The notes beneath the pieces are model-generated. The model ran no database searches. It was not told where the DNA came from and saw only the letters and a program-made list of their open reading frames with translations. A DNA stretch of 64,000 nt. Source: Phoronis australis (lineage: Eukaryota > Animalia > Phoronida). Below are positions 50,667-62,549 of the stretch, piece after piece. Each line of letters starts with the position of its first letter. Position 1 is the stretch's first letter. A program made the translations under genes and the position numbers. The DNA lies in assembly GCA_002633005.1 (NCBI GenBank), contig NMRA01000390.1, forward strand, positions 215,171 through 279,170. Direction: 5' to 3'.

Positions 50667-51674
50667 AGTGGCGAATGTAGGATATAACAAGGGGGGGCCG
50701 AACATTTTGTCTGAAAACATTTGTGCAAAGCACGATTAGATTCGCATAGCACCAAATGGGGGAGGTCCAGGAAAATTTTTCTGTTTTTTCTCTAAAAATC
50801 GAGCATTTTCCTTGATTCCTGAAGTATTATCCAAGAAAAAAGGCAATGAAAAAGAAAAAAAGACACGGAGAATGTCATACATGAAAAGCTGCAGTTGTCA
50901 CAGAGTCGAACTCACGACCTGGCGGATAGAGAGCGCGTGCTTTACCACTGCACCATCACGATGTCTCTTCTAATTTGATAATAAGAGACCTACTTGTTTA
51001 TGGTCCACAGCGTTTTTGCACGAAACCTACTTCTTTTTGTAATGCTTATTACACTTTTTATATTTTGTGCAATCAGTTCGTAACAAATTTGTTGTATTTA
51101 AAATAGTTTTCAATTGCTCAAAAGAACAAATCCGTTTTTTGTGTTGGCATTAATGACGCGATTGCTTTGGAAATCGTCTTAAGTTGAGGTTTGACAAAGA
51201 GAGAATTAAGAGTTCCTGAATGATTCACTAAGGGTTTGATTAAAATTTGCATCTTACCGGCAGCTTCTGTTTTTTTCATTGTCACTCAAGATTCCATTTT
51301 CTTTAAAAGAATGAAGTAATTTTTTTCATAGCACAGTGGAGCAGACGACGGAAACGGAGTCGTAGTCAGCAGCGTCACTGCCGGTCGCCTGGGATATCGC
51401 GGGAGAGCCTATACTCAGCCATAGTTTCGTTACGATTGAGCCGTGTTCCGAATTTGACACTTGATATTGTATCTGAGCCCCCCTCCCCCCAAACACACTA
51501 AAACTGCACACACTTAAATCTTGTTTCATCCATGTAATGTTAATTACCGGGGTTAATTAATAAACTCAACACTTCCCTACTTTCTTGCTGTTTTATTTTT
51601 TTGCGGCAACCAAGGGGGCGGGGGGAGGGGGGGGCAGGAGTCCCAGGCCCCCTGCCCCCCCCCAAATCCGCCTA
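50667..51674. mobile_element. ~1-kb hAT-like non-autonomous element
   Basis: AGTGGCGAATGTAGG / CCAAATCCGCCTA ends with G/C-rich subtermini; 8-bp TSD TATTCACT (50659-50666, 51675-51682). Confidence 0.7.
50895..50960 (-). other. tRNA-derived sequence (Pol III A and B boxes), not a functional tRNA
   Basis: rc TGGTGCAGTGG...GAGTTCGACTC; acceptor and anticodon stems do not pair well. Confidence 0.55.
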
Positions 51675-52241
51675 TATTCACTGACAACTTGTAAATAGGA
51701 AAACGAAAAATTCTGCAAATAAGTGACCTTTGCAACTTTGCGTACCTTAGGAGCTCAGGTAACCCACATCATGCAGTGTTATTCTCCAACACCATGTCAC
51801 GATACTTATTGGATACAGTCGAGTGATTTACGGAGGATCATTTTTTTACACAAAATATCACTTTGAAAACATTTGGCTATTTTCAACATACTTCATATTC
51901 ACATCATCGTTCAGTTAGCTGTTGATACAAAAACAAATTTCAACAATATCTTGTTTGCCATCCTTGACACATCCAACTTTGATATTTGGCCTTTTGCCAA
52001 TTTCTTGGTGTCAGCATTGCAACTCAAGATGCAGTGATACAAGTTTGTAATGCAACGATGAATGACATTACAATATAAATATGAGATAGTGACTGTTGCA
52101 TTATTTTGAACGCAGGACAAGACCTTGACACATGTGCTGTATTTTTTGTAAACACTGTAGAATAAGGGTGGTACTGTGCCTTTTCAGGACAGACCTGATG
52201 TTTTGTGTTTAGATTAGATGTGATTTCTGGGCTTGGCTTAA

Positions 52242-52684
52242 GGGGGGTGTATAGACTGGTCAAATCTTCAGGTTCTTATCTATTATTAGTAAAAAAGGGG
52301 TTTTAACTGGTTAGACATGACTGAAAGTGACAAAAATCGAATGAAAAGTTTTTATTGTAGATCGTTTCTTTTGAAATACCGTATTTTTTAATTTTCAAAA
52401 AGTCCAATTTTACTTTGATTTTTTTTCAAAACGCACTAGCAATTTTTTGTTACGCAATATTCTTCTTATCCATACCAAATATATGTGCAAAATCATCTTG
52501 ATTTTGTGGCATTTTTTGCGTGTGAGTTGTGGCAAGCGCGACCTTCTGTCATTTGGTTATTTTCCATCTAATGAGTAAAAATGTAGTCCATGTATCAAAA
52601 AACCCTGGCATGCGATTGTACTTCTGTCATAAAAATTGACCCACGCGTTGCGGAAGAATAGGCCCGAGAATCTTTTCACCACCC
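52242..52684. mobile_element. ~440-bp element with imperfect short TIRs after TTAA (Kolobok-type)
   Basis: TTAA|GGGGGGTGTATAGACT versus rc of AATCTTTTCACCACCC (12/16 match); right flank TGAG. Confidence 0.4.
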
Positions 52685-54254
52685 TGAGATCAGGAACCGA
52701 GAAAAACGGCTTTGAAGTTAAGGGGGCATCGATTGCCACTTGAGGTCAATATTCATCGAGAATGCGCGTTAACAATTTTTGTTGATGTATTAGAAATAAA
52801 GCTGATATTTACTTCATGTTTAGAAAGTATGACACACGTATTTGTTAACAGCATAATTTTTTTTTTTGGGAACTTGTGAAGCACAACAGACGACCAAAAC
52901 AAATATGGCTGTCATGTGGGCAAAGCTTAACGTTGATCTATTGTCTGCTGTGCTGGTCTGCGTGCCGACAACACACCATTAAAACCATGTGTTGATTGTT
53001 TATGTGACTCATCTAAATTCTCCACTCAGTGTGGTAAAGGACTCTATCATTATATTATGTAGACCTGTTTGTTAATATTCCAATATTATATATGTAGTTA
53101 CCATCTCTTCATCAAGCAATATTTGTGTTATATCAAGTCATTGCGCTACTATCTACATAACAATATTGGCAACGAGGATAAACAATGACTTTCATCGTAA
53201 TGGTTCAACATTTTCATGTGCCTGTACCGCCAACATTCTGGCCAAATAGAATCTGGGATAAGAAAATAGCACTTTCTGCTTAAATAGCGTGGCTTGGGTG
53301 AGAGTCTAAAGTTACCAAATTTTTTATCTTGGTTTTTACTATAATCGTCAAATAATATCATGAGTTTTAATACAGGGATACATTTGAAACAATGTACTAG
53401 AACAATTTTGTTATGTTGAACACTGGGTTATTTCTCTAATTGTTTGAGTTACGGTTGGCAGCAAAAAAAATCTGCTGAGTTTGTCAGCCTTATCTCTCCC
53501 GCAACCAACGGCGTGCATTCCTAGCACAGAAACACGGTTCATCTTGAAAAACTTTCTACTCTGAAGTCATATAATATTTATTCATGCCTCGCGCGCGGCG
53601 CATCTTGATAGCGCGTGTGGCCATGCGTGCATTCATCACTTCATGCAACACCACCGGGTGGTCAACTTGGGTGACCCACGTTGACGTTAGTGTCCTATCG
53701 CAAGACACCACACCTTTCGGACTTCTCTTGCACAGGCATGATTTCTGAACAGACTCTTCTAGCTGAGTGCACTTTCAGATTCGGTTGCCAAGGGAGATTT
53801 CTGCGTCTCCATTGATGACTTTGGTAGGACTTGGCATACTCAGCTTGATTTTTTTTGCATACGAACAAACAGGCTCAGGTTCGGAACAGGAATTCACCAT
53901 TTCATTACCAACTTCCGCATCGTCATAAAAAGATTTATTCAAAGTTTCACTTCAACAGCTGTTACACCTGGTACAGCACTCTCCATTGCCCGGTTGCGCA
54001 ATGTTGACAGGATTATATTAGGGCTAGCTAGTATCATTGTATAAGCTCCGCCCCACTTGACAGTCAAGCCATAAGACTTGCTGAAGATGGATCAAATGTA
54101 ATTAAAAAACAATTTTGGATTTTCAGAATAATTTTATATTTCCGGTATAATGTACATCAAGAATTAAGGATTAGGTTAACACAAAACAGTAAAAAACAGT
54201 CAAAATTATTTTTTTCTGTTTTCGCACACCTCAACTCTGACAATTTGTTATTAT

Positions 54255-54490
54255 TGGGATCATGCATTGTGGGTCCTCATCGTTAGTATTGGGATTAGGC
54301 TCAGTGGGCCCTCGATGTTAGTACTGGGATCAGGCTCAGTGGCCCCTCATTGTTAGTATTGGGATCAGGCCCAGTGGGCCCTCCTTGTTAGTATTGGGAT
54401 CAGGCTCAGTGGGCCCTTGATGTTTGTACTGGGATCAGGTTTAGTGGGCCGTCATTGTTAGTACTGGGATCAGACTCAGTGGGCCCTCGT
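54255..54490. repeat. ~35-bp minisatellite, ~7 copies
   Basis: Unit TGTTAGTAYTGGGATCAGGCTCAGTGGGCCCTCAT. Confidence 0.9.
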
Positions 54491-55053
54491 TGCCTCGAGT
54501 TCAGGGTGAAATTCTGTCTCCATTCCGCACTGAAAAATAATTAAAATCTTTCGTAATTTCCCTCATCAAGCCCAGAAATTTCCCTCCCATAGTTGAAAAA
54601 TCCCGACGTACAATCACTTCAGATCGCACAGCCCCTCAAATTGTTGGTGACTGGGGGGATTTTCCCCTCACCCAAAGAAATTCATGTTAGCTATGCACAT
54701 GCAACTTTCCCCTCTGTTGAGAGGTCCTGGTGCATTAAGTTGACTTTATTTCAATTAGCAAGCTGGCTGCTCGGGTGTTGGGACTTATTACTGTAAGACA
54801 TCATTTATTTTGAAACTGGGTTTGCTGAAGAACCAACCTAAAGAAAAAGAAATAGTTTGGTAATTAAGTTGTCAATTAGCAATAACCACACCTCGGATAA
54901 ACGTCATTGGCTGTGGTACCGTGCAAAGCTAAAAAACAACCCGGTGTCCACTGATTTGCTGCATTCTGTACAATTATTGTTTTTTTAAAGAAGAACTTTG
55001 TATTAATTTACGTTGGTGTTGTTTATGCAACATTATGAAATTGTTGATTTCAG

Positions 55054-55189
55054 GTTAAAAGCTCTGGAAACGGAAGCCTATAGCCAGGAGGAAGCAGAGC
55101 GGGCCGCTGGAATGGGTTCATACAAGGCTCCAAAGAAGCAGAGATTGGAAACTTTAGTGAGGGATTCGAAGATGCAAGAGGATACGTGA
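55054..55189 (+). CDS. ZNF593: ZNF593 exon 3 (stop codon)
   Basis: CAG acceptor; LKALETEAYSQEEAERAAGMGSYKAPKK..DT*; total CDS 393 nt = 130 aa. Confidence 0.95.
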
Positions 55190-55329
55190 GACTGGCTGCT
55201 AACTGAATCCTACATAAGTCGATGAATCATAGTGTGCGTTGCCGTTTGTTCATGGATGCGTGCGTGTAGTACTTTGCCACACTACCCATGGACTGTATTG
55301 TCTGAGTAGGTCACCAGAGGATAAAGATA

Positions 55330-55499
55330 TATATAGATTATTACATGGCCAAGTCGATCCCCCGTTATGTAGAACCCGAGTGGATTTTGGAGAATTATCG
55401 CCTGAGGGGCGTTACGCCCGAGGGTGATAATTCTACAAAATCCACGAGGGCTCTTGATAAGGGGGATAACGACTGAGAACATGTAATAATCTATTTATA
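55330..55499. repeat. ~170-bp imperfect palindrome (probable non-autonomous transposon segment) just 3' of ZNF593
   Basis: TAGATTATTACATG..GTGGATTTTGGAGAATTATC / GATAATTCTACAAAATCCAC..CATGTAATAATCTA. Confidence 0.8.
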
Positions 55500-56049
55500 C
55501 CACATACTAAATGAGAAACATTGCAATGAATCGGTCTACATTTCTCGACTCGCCTCAGCTTTGCAACTACTTTCTATGTAAGAGCTCCAGGGTCGGAGGT
55601 CGTGACCTTTTAAGCAAAGCCAAGCTATTTTTGTCAAATAATATATTTACTCAAAACCAATTGCAAATTTAAACAAAATTGAAATAAAGTGAATCTATAA
55701 ATTAAGGTTTAGCAACTATTATAGCTTACTACACATTTTATCATGCTTAGCTTCAACTGGGAAAATATCGTCTGCTAAAGTAGGTTACCACTGTCTAGTA
55801 ACTGAGCATAATGCTCAAGTCAAAGGATCCCGACGACACGATACCAGCATTCAAACTGGAGATTGGTGATTTATTAGTGAGAGAACACGAGAGAAAAATT
55901 TAACTGAATTAAAATATCGTTTTTATGGAAATTATGCGGTTTATTTTTCATAGCGTATAAATGTCGGTACAATGCCCTTTGCTGAACATGCGATTGTTGC
56001 AGGTGCTCATGTAAGTGTTCTATTTTCACGTTTGATGACTTCAGTTGCT

Positions 56050-56112
56050 GAGTGGTGTAGTGGTAGTTGGCGACTCGTAACTCTTGAGGCCCGGGTTCGA
56101 AATTGGCCAACC
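56050..56112 (+). other. tRNA-derived (SINE-head-like) sequence
   Basis: TGGTGTAGTGGT A box and GGGTTCGAAAT B box at tRNA-like spacing. Confidence 0.5.
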
Positions 56113-56453
56113 TGCCAAAATGTTATCTCACTAGTGAGATAACTAAATGGGTTATTACACGGTTGTATTTGCCATTTGATGCTAATATTGTGGTATAAAG
56201 TGTCATATCTGTCACTGCTAGTTTGTAACTTTTGAAAAGGCAGTAAAACATCAATTTTTGAACAGCAGTAAAACTTGAATAGGTCACATATGCATCAATC
56301 AGACTTGTGTGCGTTGTTCTGTAATCATGGCCTTGCAATCTTGAACATAAATGTGAGGAAATCTGGCAGCTTAAAATGAATGTAGAAGCACTCGATTCAC
56401 CAACTTATTTTATCACCCACTTTCCATGCATGCAGTTCAGCACATCAGCGGTT

Positions 56454-56830
56454 ACAAGACAAGTATTAATAAAGGACATTTGCATTCAGACACCATACAA
56501 GACAAGTATTAATAAAGGACATTTGCATTCAGACACCATACAAGACAAGTAAGGACATTTGCATTCAGACACCATACAAGACAAGGACTTTGCATTCAGA
56601 CACCATACAAGACAAGTATTAATAAAGGACATTTGCATTCAGACACCATACAAGACCAGTAAGGACATTTGCATTCACACACCATACAAGACAAGTAAGG
56701 ACATTTGCATTCAGACACCATACAAGACAAGTAAGGACATTTGCATTCAGACACCATACAAGACAAGTAAGGACATTTGCATTCAGACACCATACAAGAC
56801 AAGTAAGGACATTTGCATTCAGACACCACA
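56454..56830. repeat. 36-bp minisatellite with 44-bp and shorter variants, ~10 copies
   Basis: Unit AAGGACATTTGCATTCAGACACCATACAAGACAAGT. Confidence 0.93.
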
Positions 56831-56833
56831 ATT

Positions 56834-57100
56834 ATTTTTTATGAGCCCACAATATGTATACGAGAGTATATTGGTCTCGGGGTACCGGTCTATAGCTGCA
56901 TCTCCAAAACCCCTTGCAGGATTTTTATGAAAGTGTCGCCTCATTATCCAAGCCCCTTGATGAATCTTCCTGTTGAAGATAACATGGCTGACTTTGGACG
57001 GGTCAGACAACAGTTGCATTCTCTAAAAATTTTCTTCCCTGTACCTCATTGTCTCCCGAGTTCATTGATGGATCTTCATGAAATTCATTTCATGTGTTCT
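56834..57100 (+). mobile_element. Diverged HINE-type fragment
   Basis: TTTTTATGAGCCCACAATATGTAT..ATCTCCAAAACCCCTTG..TTTATGAAA resembles the start of 49125-49444. Confidence 0.5.
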
Positions 57101-58245
57101 TGTCGAGTAGGGCAAAGCTGACATTTTCGGGACACTGTACAAAAGCCGAATATGCCGAGAAAGCTTTTTAGTCTCATAAAAGACATGTTCATCCCAAAAT
57201 AAACTCATCAAACCCAGATATTTGCATTTGTCTATGCCAGACACTGTGATCACCATGTATTTGGAGATGTCACAGCCAGTTAGCTTGTTTCCTACCAATA
57301 ATTATTACCTTGATTTTGTCTACAGTGAAGTGTCTGTTCCTTACAAACCAGTAACAAACACAATTATACTGCCTGTGATGCCCACCAGGGCTGCATGTCA
57401 ACAGTTTCCGTTGCTCTTGGTTAGTGTGCTTGTTTTTCAAATACAGTAGTTTTCAGAAGAAACTGGACAGCGACAAAACACAACTAAAATTCTGTCTTGT
57501 AAAACCACCACTAAATATCCGTTTCTTTTCGACTAGAATACATATCAGATGATGTTCCAAAGTTGAACAATTTTCTAGGGTCCTACATAAGCTATTGATT
57601 AAAGTTTGACAAGGTGCCATTTTATTACATCGGATGTTCCACTAACTTAAAGTGCCAAGGAATTCTGGCAAGAAGTTCATCCAAGTTTGGCAAATTTGTC
57701 TTGTTAATTTGAAAGATACTGTACCATTCAACATGCGGCCATTGGATGTCTTCTTTGTGTTATCATCAAAGTACAATTCAATAAATTTTATTAGCAAGTA
57801 CCACTACATAACAAAATAAATTACATTGCACATTTCAGTGGCTATATAGTTAGTACAAAATGTGACTAAGCATTTACAATAAGTACCAATTGCGACTCTG
57901 CAAACATTACCATAGTTCCTAACCAAGTTGTGAAATGCCATTGCAGAGGAGACACCACTACCTTCAACCTCAAATGTTCTCTGATTTAGCACAAGGCTGT
58001 GAACTAGTGGTAATGAAGTACACAATATAATTAACCTATTTTAAATATATGAGCACACGAGAGCATCATTCCATCTCTCCTATCATAGCACCTGGAGAGA
58101 TGTGTGTGAGTAAAGCTAGATAACACTTGTACATGTACTGTGTAACCAGTAGTAAAGCTAGATAACACTTGTACATGTACTGTGTAATTCGTAGCCACCC
58201 ATTAAACATTTTTGCCAAAGTGAGAACATGTAAATCATGTAGCTG

Positions 58246-59792
58246 AATTCAAGTGATGCGTCCAACCCTTGGTAACAACTTGACATATTGGGAGATGGTC
58301 ACTCCCGTGCTAATTAATTCAAGTGATGCGTCCAACCCTTGGTAACAACTTGACATATTGGGAGATGGTCACTCCCGTGCTAATTAATTCAAGTGATGCG
58401 TCCAACCCTTGGTAACAACTTGACATATTGGGAGATGGTCACTCCCGTGCTAATTAATTCAAGTGATGCGTCCAACCCTTGGTAACAACTTGACATATTG
58501 GGAGATGATCACTCCCGTGCTAATTAATTCAAGTGATGCGTCCAACCCTTGGTAACAACTTGACATATTGGGAGATGATCACTCCCGTGCTAATTAATTC
58601 AAGTGATGCGTCCAACCCTTGGTAACAACTTGACATATTGGGAGATGATCACTCCCGTGCTAATTAATTCAAGTGATGCGTCCAACCCTTGGTAACAACT
58701 TGACATATTGGGAGATGATCACTCCCGTGCTAATTAATTCAAGTGATGCGTCCAACCCTTGGTAACAACTTGACATATTGGGAGATGATCACTCCCGTGC
58801 TAATTAATTCAAGTGATGCGTCCAACCCTTGGTAACAACTTGACATATTGGGAGATGATCACTCCCGTGCTAATTAATTCAAGTGATGCGTCCAACCCTT
58901 GGTAACAACTTGACATATTGGGAGATGATCACTCCCGTGCTAATTAATTCAAGTGATGCGTCCAACCCTTGGTAACAACTTGACATATTGGGAGATGATC
59001 ACTCCCGTGCTAATTAATTCAAGTGATGCGTCCAACCCTTGGTAACAACTTGACATATTGGGAGATGATCACTCCCGTGCTAATTAATTCAAGTGATGCG
59101 TCCAACCCTTGGTAACAACTTGACATATTGGGAGATGATCACTCCCGTGCTAATTAATTCAAGTGATGCGTCCAACCCTTGGTAACAACTTGACATATTG
59201 GGAGATGATCACTCCCGTGCTAATTAATTCAAGTGATGCGTCCAACCCTTGGTAACAACTTGACATATTGGGAGATGATCACTCCCGTGCTAATTAATTC
59301 AAGTGATGCGTCCAACCCTTGGTAACAACTTGACATATTGGGAGATGATCACTCCCGTGCTAATTAATTCAAGTGATGCGTCCAACCCTTGGTAACAACT
59401 TGACATATTGGGAGATGATCACTCCCGTGCTAATTAATTCAAGTGATGCGTCCAACCCTTGGTAACAACTTGACATATTGGGAGATGATCACTCCCGTGC
59501 TAATTAATTCAAGTGATGCGTCCAACCCTTGGTAACAACTTGACATATTGGGAGATGATCACTCCCGTGCTAATTAATTCAAGTGATGCGTCCAACCCTT
59601 GGTAACAACTTGACATATTGGGAGATGATCACTCCCGTGCTAATTAATTCAAGTGATGCGTCCAACCCTTGGTAACAACTTGACATATTGGGAGATGGTC
59701 ACTCCCGTGCTAATTAATTCAAGTGATGCGTCCAACCCTTGGTAACAACTTGACATATTGGGAGATGGTCACTCCCGTGCTAATTAATTCAA
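58246..59792. repeat. 70-bp tandem repeat, 22 almost identical units
   Basis: Unit AAGTGATGCGTCCAACCCTTGGTAACAACTTGACATATTGGGAGATGRTCACTCCCGTGCTAATTAATTC; AAGTGATGCG recurs every 70 bp from 58251. Confidence 0.98.
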
Positions 59793-60081
59793 AATGGACG
59801 TGTAAACGGTAGCAAATGAGTAGCATATGAGCCAGTGGTCATGAGGGTCTCGTCAGACTTTGGAAAATAATATTCAGTGGCTTGAAAGAATGGTTTCTCC
59901 CTCACTTTGCAAACATTCCCATCAGTTTAGATATCATTCAGTAACGTATCTTAATAGCCAATTAAATTTCTCAACAATTGTTGGGCAAATCATCAATTTC
60001 TCAGTGACAGAAATTGAAAACAGAATATTTCACAGTATTCTTTGTTTCCCATGAAACTCCTATACACCAATGAAACTCCTA

Positions 60082-60265
60082 TTATACACCAATGCCTTTT
60101 GTCAGTGATGCTTCTAAGGTAATGTTGAACTCCTTGAGTGACTCCAGAATGTGGACGAGGAAAGTGGTCAGTTCCGGATCTCGTAGAAATGACATCTCTT
60201 CATACATCGTCAACGTTACAGGAGTGTCAGTCATGGCAGGGATCCATCCTTGTAAAAGATTGTCC
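60082..60265 (-). CDS. DENND5: DENN domain-containing protein 5 (DENND5A/B-like, Rab6IP1), last exon
   Basis: DNLLQGWIPAMTDTPVTLTMYEEMSFLRD..LESLKEFNITLEASLTKGIGV*, matching the vertebrate DENND5 C-terminus LQEFNITLETSLVKGIDI. Confidence 0.93.
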
Positions 60266-61482
60266 CTGTGTAGAAAATGTGACAAAATAACATGTACACA
60301 ACTACTGAAGCTGGTCAATATAATAATATAGTATAAAGCTTATTGCTCAACCACAAAGTGTGACCATGGAACGGGTTAGAATATGCCACAGCCACGACAA
60401 GTAACGAAACATGGGATTAACTGCTCCTGCTGCCACCTGGCTACATTGGAAGGAACTTGTATGACACCATACTTTGTCACTAACGATAACACTTAAATTT
60501 TGAGGAGTCTGAAAGTACTTGGCAGTGCTTGAATTTACACTTACTGATTTGAATGGGAACTCTCCATGTACTCAGGCTGGCGAGAATCATATAACACAAT
60601 ATACAGTCAAGTGTTCATAGAACTTGTCTTGATGTTGATACTGTCCAAGTTAACCTACATTTCTTGGTATGTTTGTCAAAAGGCATTGGCAAGTTCAGGT
60701 TTATGACTACTTTGAGTGGTAGTTATTTTATCAGTTTTAAGGCAAGGCATCTTGGTCCTCAATGATGAAGTTCCCCGTTGAGAATAAGTTCAAAATAATC
60801 TCCTGTTTTGGGAACTGAAAGCACAAAATCTTCCCAGTTTACAAGAACAGAAGTTTGTTAACACCCGGACAAATAGTTTTGGGAAAAAATCAAGGAATTT
60901 ATGCTCTGTTGTGCTAGCCAAGGTTTTTCCCTACAAATGTTTCTTACAGTTATTGCACATGGCGGTACATGCTTTTACACAAATACCAGTAATTTTCTAG
61001 TATTTCCAATGCAAAGACCCAAGTTTTATCAACAGCATCTCACAGAAAGGCCATGAGTTCCCATGTCGTCCACGGTAATAGGCTTATACATAGAGTTCTG
61101 GCCAGTCTTTTCACTTTACCAAAGCAGCTGCAGTGTGTGGATGACATGTTCTCAGCAATGAACACATTAGCACCCACGACACCCAAAGTTCAGTTCAGCT
61201 AGAAGTACATGACATACTCCCTAGCTTTATTAAAGTACAAATATCGCAGATTGTTGTGTTTTGAGAAATGTGTCTGAATTGCCGTATCATTTCCTTATTC
61301 ACAGAATGTAACTTAAGCTTCGGCAATTGTCACTCTTACTTTCCAGATTGGTAAAACAAAAATAACTGTTGAAAACTTCACAGCGAAATTTTAGGAACAT
61401 GCCCAAAGTTTGGAACTTTCAGTTATGGCAAGAGTTAAGTGGTAACATTTGATAAGACAATACTAAAACAATCCAGCCATAC

Positions 61483-61651
61483 CTAATGGAAAGACACATG
61501 AGTAGCTGGAACTTGCCATCCTTGCCAATATTTTGTGTTGAGTTGTTAATCTTGGTGACCAAGTAGCAGAATGACTTGTAGACTGACTTGATCTCTACTG
61601 GTATCCTGTGATCCTCCTTCAATAATGTCTCAAAATAGCCCTGAACCTTCT
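61483..61651 (-). CDS. DENND5: DENND5 penultimate exon (RUN2 domain)
   Basis: EKVQGYFE..FCYLVTKINNSTQNIGKDGKFQLLMCLSI(R); AG/GTATG flanks. Confidence 0.93.
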
Positions 61652-62422
61652 CTGTAACGACAAAAGTTGCGCATAATTAAACCTTTCATGCAGAATCCAC
61701 AACCAAGAATTTCCGGAATCCACCTTTTTGGAAAAGTCCAATCCTCGAAGTGATTTTATATCTAGAAAAAGTTTCCTTGGGGCTCTTTAATTTAGAAGAA
61801 AACTAGTGGCCCTCTTAAGGAACCTTTTAATGAGTTGTTGACTGTAGCGCTCTCATCATTCAGTGAGGACTGGTCAAACTGAAACATTCAACAGCCGTCC
61901 TTTTAAGGAAAAAATTGACATTTAGTGCACATTCTCTACACAGTACGTGGCCTATGTCACCCACTTTAGTGCACATTCTCTACATAGTACGTGGCCTATG
62001 TCAGACACTTAAGTGCACATTCTCTACATACGTGGCCTATGTCAGACACAACCGGTGATGTATACCATTCATAATTTTCTCAGTAAACGAAGTTTACTTA
62101 GAACTATTTTATGAAAATGTCATTGTAACATTTTGTGAATAAAACATGTATTAAGGTCACCAGGACACTAATTTTGCATGGGAACTCTCACAAATTATGA
62201 ATGGAAATATTATTTTTAAAGGCTTCCAACGTTGTTGCAAATACCCCCAATTTCCCAACACAACACCTGTCATATGGCAATGATGATATAGAGGCAGCTT
62301 AAAATGACAAAGCATTCATTTGGTGCTACCAATTTGTTTATGGAAACATTAAATTTACTTTAGTCAGCATGTTATGCCCTAAATTGGAGAGATTTTACCA
62401 GAGTCGTGTTGGATGCACTTAC

Positions 62423-62549
62423 CTATATAGTCCCAGAGGTAAAATTTGCTGCGTAATATCCTTGATGACTTGAAGTTGTACTGGAACACATGCTCCATAC
62501 AAGTGACAATACCCGTTTCACCACACAGTAGAACAGTCAAACTTCCACG
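62423..62549 (-). CDS. DENND5: DENND5 exon (RUN2 domain)
   Basis: RGSLTVLLCGETGIVTCMEHVFQYNFKSSRILRSKFYLWDYI; AG/GTAAGT flanks. Confidence 0.93.

Noticed and set aside
50895-50960. Functional tRNA gene (also considered for 56050-56112, ~37750-37810 and ~47705-47785)
   Set aside because: Only A/B-box similarity; a full cloverleaf cannot be formed.
56559-56930. KDICIQTPYKTS / MVSECKCPYLSC repeat proteins
   Set aside because: Translations of a 36-bp minisatellite; neighbouring 44-bp and shorter units break the frame.
58246-59792. CRISPR array
   Set aside because: Units are identical head-to-tail with no unique spacers, there are no cas genes, and the context is eukaryotic.
58246-59792. Array of iron-responsive elements in a 3' UTR
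   Set aside because: The unit hairpin lacks the CAGUGN loop and bulged C on either strand.
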